From an uncultured Flavobacteriaceae bacterium (GTDB taxonomy: Bacteria > Bacteroidota > Bacteroidia > Flavobacteriales > Flavobacteriaceae), in NCBI GenBank assembly GCA_963975205.1, contig CAXBFU010000006.1, forward strand, positions 783-64,782: a DNA stretch of 64,000 bases, written 5' to 3'. The notes under the pieces are model-generated. The model was not told the origin of the DNA and ran no database searches. It was given only the letters and a program-made list of their open reading frames with translations. Made by a program: the position numbers and the translations under genes. Shown one piece after another: positions 56,622 to 64,000 of the stretch. Each line of letters opens with the position of its first letter. The first letter of the stretch is position 1.

Positions 56622-57971
56622 ATGAACAGTTTGAGAAATACAAATAACGAGTTGATGTTGATCCTCTTGCATATTGCACTTGGGTTTATAGTGTATGTAG
56701 TGCCATTTAGCTCAAAATTAATTAGTCTTTTGGTAGTATTTCTATCTATTTTCTTGGTATTAGGAACCAAAAATAAGGTTTTGGCAGTTCTTTTGGCATC
56801 AGCATATGTAGCTACAAGCGATGTGTTTTTTAGAATGACTGATGGGTTGTTTTTTTATGAATTGCATAAGTACTTACTAATTGTTTTGGTTTTAATTGGT
56901 TTCCTACTTGATCAAATAAGAGTAAAAGGCCAAGTGTATTTAGTTTACATTGGGTTATTACTGCTTACCATTGTTTTTACATCCTACGATTTAACCGATG
57001 AGATTAGAAAAATGATTGCCTTTAATCTTGCGGGACCAGTCTCTTTAGGATTTGTGGCTTTTTATTTTTATAAGAAAAAAGTAACAATGCAACAATTGAG
57101 TAAAGTGCTTTTTTACGCCTTATTACCTATAATTTCACTAGTAGTATATCTGTTTTTTTATACCCCTAGTATTAAGGATGTTGTGACAGGAACCGAATCT
57201 AATTTTGCGACTTCAGGTGGTTTTGGGCCAAATCAAGTAGCAACTATTTTGGGAGTAGGCATATTTATTTTATTTGCAAGGTTACTGTTTAATAAGTTTA
57301 GAGGCATTCAATCCATTTTAGAGCTGATGCTTTTAGGTTTTATAAGCTTTAGAGGTCTAGTAACTTTTGCAAGAGGAGGCATATTTACAGCAATAGCTGC
57401 GATAGTAATATTAATCATGATAACCTATTTAAGAGGCCAAAAAACATTTCGTTTTAAAGTAATGATGGCGATATTTTGGTCTATTATTTTAGGAACTTCC
57501 ATTTGGTTATTGGCTTCAAATAGAACATCGGGTTTAATAGAAAACAGATATGCGAACCAAAATGCGGTAGGTGTTGAAAAAGAAGATGTGTCCACAGGTA
57601 GAAAGGATTTGTTTTTAACCGAATTGGAAGCGTTTATCGAGAATCCAATTTTTGGTATAGGTGTTGGTAAAAATAAGGGGTATCGATACGATAAAACAGG
57701 TAAGGTTGCAGCTTCACATAATGAAATAAGTAGGCTTTTGGCAGAACACGGTTCTTTAGGAATATTAGCTTTTGGAATTTTACTATTTGTGCCACTTTTA
57801 TTTAGAATTGAAAATAGCAATAACATTTATTTCTACTCATTTTATGTTATGTGGCTGTTAACTATTAATCACTCAGCTATGCGAATTGCTTTTCCATCAT
57901 TTATTTACGGTTTGTGCCTCTTGGATGTTACCTTTCCAAAAAAAACTAATTTTAAGAATCAAGAAATCTAA
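56622..57971 (+). CDS. O-antigen ligase family (Wzy_C-type) polytopic membrane protein: polymerase or ligase
   Basis: 449 aa with about 10-12 hydrophobic segments. A large loop carries PIFGIGVGKN ... ASHNEISRLLAEHGSLGILAF, matching the HN...E.G..G signature of the O-antigen ligase/Wzy_C family. Confidence 0.7.
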   Translation: MNSLRNTNNELMLILLHIALGFIVYVVPFSSKLISLLVVFLSIFLVLGTKNKVLAVLLASAYVATSDVFFRMTDGLFFYELHKYLLIVLVLIGFLLDQIRVKGQVYLVYIGLLLLTIVFTSYDLTDEIRKMIAFNLAGPVSLGFVAFYFYKKKVTMQQLSKVLFYALLPIISLVVYLFFYTPSIKDVVTGTESNFATSGGFGPNQVATILGVGIFILFARLLFNKFRGIQSILELMLLGFISFRGLVTFARGGIFTAIAAIVILIMITYLRGQKTFRFKVMMAIFWSIILGTSIWLLASNRTSGLIENRYANQNAVGVEKEDVSTGRKDLFLTELEAFIENPIFGIGVGKNKGYRYDKTGKVAASHNEISRLLAEHGSLGILAFGILLFVPLLFRIENSNNIYFYSFYVMWLLTINHSAMRIAFPSFIYGLCLLDVTFPKKTNFKNQEI

Positions 57972-57978
57972 CCAATAC

Positions 57979-58986
57979 ATGATTTTATATTTAGGAAATA
58001 ATTTAAAATCTAAGCAAATAAACCAAACAACGTTGGCACTATTGAGTAACCTATTGAAAAGTGAAGGTTATTCTGTTAAAACGACTTCGTCTTTAAAAAA
58101 TCAATTTCTTCGGCTATTATTAATGCTTTGGGCGATTATAAAGTATCGTCGAAAAATCGACTTTGTATTAATAGACACTTACAGCACTAAAAATTTTTAT
58201 TATGCATTTGCAACTAGTCAACTTTCTAGGTTTTTTAAACTAAATTACATTCCTATTCTTCATGGTGGTAATTTACCATCCAGATTAGATAAATCACCAA
58301 CCTTAAGTAAACTCATTTTTGCCAACTCCTATAGAAATGTTGCAGTTTCCAACTACTTAAAACATGAGTTTTATATAAGAGGTTTTGACACTGCTTTTAT
58401 ACCTAATGTTCTAGAAATTAAAAATTACCCATTTCTTGAAAGGGGAATTTCAACACCAAAGCTGTTATATGTACGTGCATTTGCAAGTATATACAATCCT
58501 GAAATGGCAATTAAAGTATTAAACCAACTAAAAAAGGAATACCCAGAGGCAACGTTATGTATGGTTGGACCAGAAAAAGATAACTCATTCAAATCCTGTA
58601 AGGCACTAGTTGAAACACTTGGCTTAGAAAATAGTGTTGAATTTACTGGAATGTTATCAAAAAAAGAATGGCATAAAAAATCAGAAGGACATAACATTTT
58701 TATCAATACCACAAACGTAGATAATGCACCTGTTAGTGTTATGGAAGCAATGGCATTAGGGCTTCCAATAGTTTCAACTAATGCTGGTGGAATGCCTTTT
58801 TTAATAGAAAATAATAAAACGGGAATTCTTATTGAGAAAAATGATATTAAAGCTATGGTAAAAGCGATAGATTTACTATGTAAAAATAAAAAAACTGCTC
58901 GCTCTTTAGCAAATAACGCAAGGAAACAGGCCGAAAAATATAATTGGAGTAATGTTAAACAGTTATGGCATGATATATTACAGTAG
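57979..58986 (+). CDS. glycosyltransferase family 4
   Basis: I trimmed the track ORF (57886..58986) to the internal ATG at 57979 (MILYLGNNL). The extension would overlap the upstream gene by 86 nt. Has NAPVSVMEAMALGLPIVSTNAGGMPFLIE. Confidence 0.8.
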   Translation: MILYLGNNLKSKQINQTTLALLSNLLKSEGYSVKTTSSLKNQFLRLLLMLWAIIKYRRKIDFVLIDTYSTKNFYYAFATSQLSRFFKLNYIPILHGGNLPSRLDKSPTLSKLIFANSYRNVAVSNYLKHEFYIRGFDTAFIPNVLEIKNYPFLERGISTPKLLYVRAFASIYNPEMAIKVLNQLKKEYPEATLCMVGPEKDNSFKSCKALVETLGLENSVEFTGMLSKKEWHKKSEGHNIFINTTNVDNAPVSVMEAMALGLPIVSTNAGGMPFLIENNKTGILIEKNDIKAMVKAIDLLCKNKKTARSLANNARKQAEKYNWSNVKQLWHDILQ

Positions 58987-59040
58987 CTTAGTAGTAAAAA
59001 CCTATTTTTACTTAGTATATTTAACGCATTAAGTCTAACT

Positions 59041-60435
59041 ATGGCAAAGAATAAAGGAATACATTTTGAAATTTCCGAGCGTAAAGTTCTTTTACGCATT
59101 TTTGATATTCTGGCGGCGTTGCTGGCTCTTGAGCTAATTGGCTATTATTTTCAATTTGATTATTTTTTAGTGACAAAAAAACAGTGGCTTTGGTCACTTG
59201 TGCTAGGGTTTTATTTAACTGTTTTTGGCACCATATTCGAGTTATATAACTTAAAGCAGTCAAGTAAATTAGATACCACATTTAAAAATATTGTAATTAC
59301 TGTATCTGTTACAGTTTTATTTTATTTGTTTACACCTATTATAACACCAGTTTTACCAGATCATCGAATAGAAATAGTATATTTTTATTTAGCAATTATC
59401 ATTGTAATTTTTATGTGGCGATATGCCTATGTAACATTTATTGCATCACCTAGATTTTATAAAAAAGTTATTGTATTGGGTGAGGTTTCAAATATTGAAA
59501 ACCTAGTGAAAGCCTTTAGTACTTCGGACCCTAATTATAAAATTGTAGGTTATATAAACAGTAATATTTCAAGCAATGAAAATGTAAAATTTAAGGGATT
59601 AAAAGAGTTTAGTGCAGGAAACCTAAAAAAAACAATTAGAGAAGAAGGTATATCTGAAATTGTAATTGCTATAAATGATTCTGAAACGATTACACCTTAC
59701 ATTTATAATGAACTAACACACCTCTTGGAAAAAGGATTTACGATTAGGGAATACACTCAAGTTTTTGAAGAAATTACCAAACGTATTCCTGTACAGTTTG
59801 TAGGTAAAGATTTTTATAAATACTTTCCATTTAGCAGAAGCAACCAGAATAAATTATATATACTTTACCATCGTTTAATGGATCTAATATGTGCACTGTT
59901 AGGTATTGTAATTGGAATAATCTTCTTGCCATTGGTTTTGCTTGGAAATTTAATTGGTAACAAAGGCAAATTATTATATATACAAACACGAGTAGGAAAA
60001 AATGGAAAACCATTTAAAATATATAAGTTTAGGACAATGGTTAAAAACGCCGAAAAAGATGGCGTAAAGTGGGCAGATAAAAACGACCATAGAGTAACCT
60101 CGTTTGGCCGCTTTTTAAGACGATCAAGGCTCGATGAAATCCCTCAATTTATAAATGTTCTTAAAGGTGATATGAGCATTATTGGGCCAAGACCTGAGCG
60201 TCCTTTTTTTGTTAAAGAATTGTCTAAAGTAATCCCTTTTTATGAAACAAGACATACCATTAAACCAGGATTATCTGGTTGGGCACAAGTAAATAGCCGT
60301 TATGGTTCTTCAATAGAAGATAGTTTAGTGAAATTACAGTACGATTTATATTATATTAAGCACCGAAGTTTCTTTTTAGATATAAATATTATTGTAAAAA
60401 CCTTGAGTACAATGCTATATTATAGAGGGCAATAG
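59041..60435 (+). CDS. large polytopic phosphoglycosyltransferase (WbaP/exopolysaccharide polyprenyl glycosylphosphotransferase type)
   Basis: 464 aa. Has four N-terminal TM segments and a central nucleotide-binding-like domain. The C-terminal sugar-transferase domain has YKFRTM, DEIPQFINVLKGDMSIIGPRPERP and GLSGWAQVN. Confidence 0.85.
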   Translation: MAKNKGIHFEISERKVLLRIFDILAALLALELIGYYFQFDYFLVTKKQWLWSLVLGFYLTVFGTIFELYNLKQSSKLDTTFKNIVITVSVTVLFYLFTPIITPVLPDHRIEIVYFYLAIIIVIFMWRYAYVTFIASPRFYKKVIVLGEVSNIENLVKAFSTSDPNYKIVGYINSNISSNENVKFKGLKEFSAGNLKKTIREEGISEIVIAINDSETITPYIYNELTHLLEKGFTIREYTQVFEEITKRIPVQFVGKDFYKYFPFSRSNQNKLYILYHRLMDLICALLGIVIGIIFLPLVLLGNLIGNKGKLLYIQTRVGKNGKPFKIYKFRTMVKNAEKDGVKWADKNDHRVTSFGRFLRRSRLDEIPQFINVLKGDMSIIGPRPERPFFVKELSKVIPFYETRHTIKPGLSGWAQVNSRYGSSIEDSLVKLQYDLYYIKHRSFFLDINIIVKTLSTMLYYRGQ

Positions 60436-60436
60436 T

Positions 60437-61612
60437 CTAGCTGTTTTGACTATAAAACCTTACCAAATAAACATATCTTACCAAAAGAGCGATAAAGAGA
60501 GGAGTCAATCCAATAGCAAATACTTGTACACCTATTAACCAATGCAATGTTAATAGACATAGCATGATTATTAAAAACTTAAGATACCTTGTAAACCATG
60601 TGCTAGGTGTGGTTTTAAGTAGTTGTTTTACAATAAATAAATTGATGGGAAAAGCCCATAGCAAATTATAATTATTAGCTGTAGCAGTATGGTCTGTAGC
60701 AAACCAAAGGAGCAACAAAACAACACCTATTGAGCCAGTAATCGAGAATAAACCAATGTCCAACCATTTACTACGATGGCTCTTTTTATAATCGTTATAA
60801 GTAATCCATAAAATTAATAGCCCTAATAGACCAAATATCATTAACGGACTTGTTATAAAAGAGTTTGATATAGGTCTTTCGACTTTTTTGTAAAGCGTTC
60901 GCGATTGTTTTACTAACGGCTTGTTGGAATTTGCAAAAGTTGCTGTTTCAAAAAAAGAATCAATAAATTTAGGAAGAAACATGTATTCTTCCAATGTTGC
61001 TTTTTTATCAATTACGGAGCCTAAAGCCACATCAATTCCCAAACTTCCCCAAGAATTCTTGTTTACATGATCATGAATTAACTCTCTAAACGTTTTTGCT
61101 TCAAAGCCATTAGGTTCTTGAAATTTAAGTTTACTATGTAGCGAAACTTCCAAAACATCTTTTATTTTGGTAGCACAATTGTCATAAAAGAAATCGTAGA
61201 GATAGTATTTGTTTTCTGGCTTGGCATTATCCAATAAAAAATCCATAACCTCTTGCTTTTGTGTTCGAGTTAGGTCTAAAATTTGCTCATTTATCGATCT
61301 ATTTTGAGCAATATAAGACTGAAAAAAATCATCATAAGAGTTATAGGATAGTTTGTAGTTAAGTTTTCCTTGAGCAAATTTTAAATAGAAATTTGGTGTG
61401 TCAAAATCATAAGTACCATAGTTGAATACCACATCAATTTTTCGTTCTCGATCACGAACCCTAAAGCCATTGTGCCCAAAAGCATCGTTTAGCATGGTTC
61501 CAGGACCAATGGAAAGCACGCTTATTTCAGCTTCATTGGATAGGTTTAACTGTTGCGCATTGCTAAAAAACGAACAAATAAAAAATAATAGTATAAGTAA
61601 TTTTAACCTCAT
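60437..61612 (-). CDS. DUF4105 (Lnb N-terminal periplasmic domain) protein with C-terminal TM bundle
   Basis: 391 aa with a signal peptide. Has ISVLSIGPGTMLNDAFGHNGFRV (the DUF4105 hallmark) and about 5 C-terminal TM helices. Its stop lies 1 nt from the convergent transferase stop. Confidence 0.65.
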   Translation of the reverse strand: MRLKLLILLFFICSFFSNAQQLNLSNEAEISVLSIGPGTMLNDAFGHNGFRVRDRERKIDVVFNYGTYDFDTPNFYLKFAQGKLNYKLSYNSYDDFFQSYIAQNRSINEQILDLTRTQKQEVMDFLLDNAKPENKYYLYDFFYDNCATKIKDVLEVSLHSKLKFQEPNGFEAKTFRELIHDHVNKNSWGSLGIDVALGSVIDKKATLEEYMFLPKFIDSFFETATFANSNKPLVKQSRTLYKKVERPISNSFITSPLMIFGLLGLLILWITYNDYKKSHRSKWLDIGLFSITGSIGVVLLLLWFATDHTATANNYNLLWAFPINLFIVKQLLKTTPSTWFTRYLKFLIIMLCLLTLHWLIGVQVFAIGLTPLFIALLVRYVYLVRFYSQNS

Positions 61613-61615
61613 AGA

Positions 61616-62704
61616 TTATCTAAAAATACTAAAATCTAATTTTACTGAAAACACATTGGAATATAAGGCAGCACTTTGGTCGCCAATATCTGTAAAAGCA
61701 TAATCAATTTGAATGCCTCTATATTTAAAACCAACACCAAAATTTGGCTGAAAACTTAATTGCTCAGTATTATCTATTTGTAATTCAGTTTGAAAATTCC
61801 CAAGTCCAGCACGTAAAAAAACCATATCTGTATATCCAAATTCGAAGCCTAATGCAGGATTAATACTAGCAAACGAAGTAGAAATAATATCGTTGTTTTG
61901 TTCAAATCGAATGTTTAAATCGAGCTCTGTTCTAAGTGTGTAATCGTAGTTAAAAACAAATTGTTTAGACATGCCAATTTGCATTTTTGGCAATGTAATT
62001 TCTGTGCCTTCGGGTGCTTCTTGGTTTTCACCTGGAATCGCATTTTTTATATCGGTCAATCTATCTTCGTTTATTGCCCAAGCATTAAAAGTGGTAGTAA
62101 TGTCTCTTACCATGACGCCAAACTTCCAGTCGTTTCGTTCAAACTGTATGCCCAAGTCAAATCCAAAGCCCCAAGATGATGCAAAATCACCAATAATACG
62201 TCTAATTACTTTAGCGTTAATACCATAGTTTAAACCTTCAATAGGTAATTTTCTTGCGTACGAAAAAGTAAAACCATAATCGGCAGCCGAAAACAAATTA
62301 ATATTGTCGTAATTTACATTGCCTTGCTCGTCAATTAGTTGTGTGGTATCTAATATGTCATCAACTCCAAAACGTATAATAGAAAAACCAATGGCACTTC
62401 TATCATCTAATGGTTTTGCATAAGCTATGTAGTTATAATTTGCAATGTTGGCAAAATAACTGGAGTGCATCAAGGCAATTTGATTGTCTTCCAAATGCAC
62501 TAAACCAGCAGGATTCCAATAACCAGAGTTAACATCGTTTGTGGTCGCAATAACTGCATTGCTCATACCAAGAGCAGCAGCATCCACACCAATATTCATG
62601 AACTCATTAGAATACTTTCTAGTAGTTTGGGCACAAACTATCGTGGCACCTAAAATAAATAGCGAAACTAAATACGTTTTCAAAAGGCAATTTCTTTTAT
62701 ACAA
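61616..62704 (-). CDS. PorV/PorQ family-like outer-membrane beta-barrel protein
   Basis: 362 aa with a signal peptide ending CAQ. Has the NEFMNIGVDAAALGMSNAVIA motif resembling the FL.IG.dARa.alGga start of PorV/PorQ proteins. Alternating beta-strand pattern and a terminal aromatic residue (FSIFR). Confidence 0.5.
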   Translation of the reverse strand: MYKRNCLLKTYLVSLFILGATIVCAQTTRKYSNEFMNIGVDAAALGMSNAVIATTNDVNSGYWNPAGLVHLEDNQIALMHSSYFANIANYNYIAYAKPLDDRSAIGFSIIRFGVDDILDTTQLIDEQGNVNYDNINLFSAADYGFTFSYARKLPIEGLNYGINAKVIRRIIGDFASSWGFGFDLGIQFERNDWKFGVMVRDITTTFNAWAINEDRLTDIKNAIPGENQEAPEGTEITLPKMQIGMSKQFVFNYDYTLRTELDLNIRFEQNNDIISTSFASINPALGFEFGYTDMVFLRAGLGNFQTELQIDNTEQLSFQPNFGVGFKYRGIQIDYAFTDIGDQSAALYSNVFSVKLDFSIFR

Positions 62705-62809
62705 AGATGCATAATATTTTTTAACCTTTTAAACTCTTAATTGTAATAGATATTGTGCTTTTTTAGAGTTCAACCCAAATAGTTTATTATTTTTACTCCA
62801 TTAAATATT

Positions 62810-63556
62810 TTGAGTTTGATAAAACATATTCCAAATTTTGTAACACTTTTAAATCTTTTTTGTGGAAGTATTGCTGTAATATTTGCTGTTAATGGTTTTT
62901 TGGTAACCGCTTCTTTTTTTGCGTTTCTTGGTATTTTCTTCGATTTTTTTGATGGTCTTTTAGCTAGAAAACTAAATGCACAGAGCGAGCTTGGGTTACA
63001 ACTAGATTCTTTGGCAGATATGGTAACTAGTGGATTGGTGCCAGGAATTGTAATGTTTCAACTTTTTAATTTTATTGATTCTAACAATTGGTTTCCGTAT
63101 GATTACATGGATACAGTAAGTTTTACTCAATCTTTTTTATCAAGCAACTTTACACCTTTTATTGGACTTCTAATAACACTCGCATCAGCCTACCGTTTGG
63201 CGAATTTTAATATAGACGAAAACCAAACCGATTCATTTATTGGCTTACCAACACCTGCAAATACCTTACTTATTTTGTCTTTTCCGTTGATTATGGAGTT
63301 TCAGAATAATGATATTATGAATTCGATTATTTTAAATAAATGGTTTTTAATTGCTGTAACGCTTGTAAGTTGTTATTTATTAAATGCCAATATGAAGCTC
63401 TTGGCTTTAAAGTTTAAAACATGGAACTTTCAGGATAATGCCGCAAGATATATTCTTGTTATGTTGGCAGCTATTTTATTGATTATTTTTCAGTTTGCAG
63501 CCATCCCATTAATCATCTTAGCTTACATAATCATTTCTATTTTAAATAAAAAATAA
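62810..63556 (+). CDS. pssA: CDP-diacylglycerol--serine O-phosphatidyltransferase (CDP-alcohol phosphatidyltransferase family)
   Basis: 248 aa with a TTG start. It matches DGx2ARx8Gx3Dx3D exactly (DGLLARKLNAQSELGLQLDSLAD). The N-terminal IKHIPNFVTLLNLFCG is typical of PssA. Confidence 0.8.
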   Translation: MSLIKHIPNFVTLLNLFCGSIAVIFAVNGFLVTASFFAFLGIFFDFFDGLLARKLNAQSELGLQLDSLADMVTSGLVPGIVMFQLFNFIDSNNWFPYDYMDTVSFTQSFLSSNFTPFIGLLITLASAYRLANFNIDENQTDSFIGLPTPANTLLILSFPLIMEFQNNDIMNSIILNKWFLIAVTLVSCYLLNANMKLLALKFKTWNFQDNAARYILVMLAAILLIIFQFAAIPLIILAYIIISILNKK

Positions 63557-63563
63557 TCTATAA

Positions 63564-64000
63564 ATGGCATCAGGATTTTTTGCACTACTCGACGACATTT
63601 CGGTGCTCATGGACGATGTGGTAACCATGAGCAAGATTACCACCAAGAAAACTGCAGGCATCCTCGGTGACGATTTGGCTGTAAATGCCGAAAAGGCTTC
63701 TGGATTTGTATCTTCAAGAGAATTACCTGTATTGTGGGCAATAACAAAAGGGTCGTTTTTAAATAAACTAATTATTTTACCAATAGCTTTTTTATTGAGT
63801 GCTTTTTTGCCTTGGGCAGTTACTGTAATATTACTTTTGGGCGCAGTGTATTTAGCTTTTGAAGGTGCAGAAAAAATCTATGAATATTTTGTGCCACACA
63901 CTCATGAAACTCCTATTTTAAAAACTGAAAACTTATCGAAAGCAGCCATTTTAGAGTTAGAAAAGAAGAAAATAAAATCTGCAATAATAACAGATTTCAT
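63564..64000 (+). CDS. DUF808 (YedI-like) membrane protein, partial (3' end beyond the window)
   Basis: Not in the track because there is no stop. ATG 63564 gives MASGFFALLDDISVLMDDVVTMSKITTKKTAGILGDDLAVNAEKASGF, which matches the conserved DUF808 N-terminus. It stays open to the window end. Confidence 0.7.
   Translation, partial: MASGFFALLDDISVLMDDVVTMSKITTKKTAGILGDDLAVNAEKASGFVSSRELPVLWAITKGSFLNKLIILPIAFLLSAFLPWAVTVILLLGAVYLAFEGAEKIYEYFVPHTHETPILKTENLSKAAILELEKKKIKSAIITDF

Noticed and set aside
57886-57978. N-terminal 31-codon extension of the last GT4 ORF
   Set aside because: It overlaps the preceding membrane-protein gene by 86 nt. The internal ATG at 57979 lies 7 nt after that gene's stop and gives a normal GT4 N-terminus.
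58993-59012. AT-only hairpin (AGTAAAAA-ccta-TTTTTACT) before the large transferase, considered as an internal terminator
   Set aside because: The stem is entirely A/T apart from one G-C pair and is probably too weak to matter. It was not reported as a feature.
58425-59099. 224-aa minus-strand ORF, the longest unexplained ORF in the track
   Set aside because: It lies almost wholly antisense to a well-supported GT4 gene (E-x7-E block, operon context). Its sequence is low-complexity and Leu/Phe/Ser-rich with no motif. This is the typical shadow ORF of AT-rich coding DNA.
1-64000. tRNA, rRNA, riboswitch, IS, transposase, integrase, prophage, restriction-modification, toxin-antitoxin or other defence-system content
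   Set aside because: No intergenic gap exceeds about 280 bp, and none contains a GC-rich cloverleaf-length segment. No ORF shows DDE, tyrosine or serine recombinase, methylase, helicase-nuclease or phage structural motifs. The only nuclease-family gene is the small GIY-YIG. This assessment is by eye only and lacks covariance-model sensitivity.

Overview
This is a low-GC chromosomal window that looks like Bacteroidota, probably Flavobacteriaceae. The clues are DUF349, tandem DUF368 genes, a PorV/PorQ-like outer membrane protein, a DUF4105/Lnb-like protein, TAnnTTTG-type promoter boxes and no Shine-Dalgarno signals. Positions 1-33.4 kb hold mostly minus-strand housekeeping genes: aroE, two DUF368 genes, a rel/spoT-fur-purA run, secA, pepD, an ABC-F ATPase, peptidases and amidohydrolases. 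One small GIY-YIG gene there is bracketed by a perfect 16-bp inverted repeat. Positions 33.5-60.4 kb are a single co-directional plus-strand surface-glycan locus of 25 genes. It carries Wza/Wzc, a small and a large phosphoglycosyltransferase, and TviB/TviC-like UDP-HexNAc-uronate enzymes. It also has a Wzm/Wzt ABC exporter whose Wzt has a C-terminal extension, about ten glycosyltransferases, a UXS-like SDR and a SAM methyltransferase. A complete neuA-neuB-neuC CMP-sialic acid module is followed by an orphan GT-B-like protein, and there is an O-antigen-ligase/Wzy-like membrane protein. No Wzx flippase is visible. The right end encodes envelope functions: a DUF4105/Lnb-like protein, a PorV/PorQ-like protein, pssA and DUF808. 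I found no rRNA, tRNA, CRISPR array, transposase, integrase or recognisable defence system. The most interesting material is the hybrid architecture of the glycan locus, including the candidate non-canonical sialyltransferase and the possible nonulosonate or methyl chain-terminator logic. Also notable are several short intergenic repeat signatures associated with small selfish-looking genes. All functional calls come from reading motifs by eye; no database search was run.
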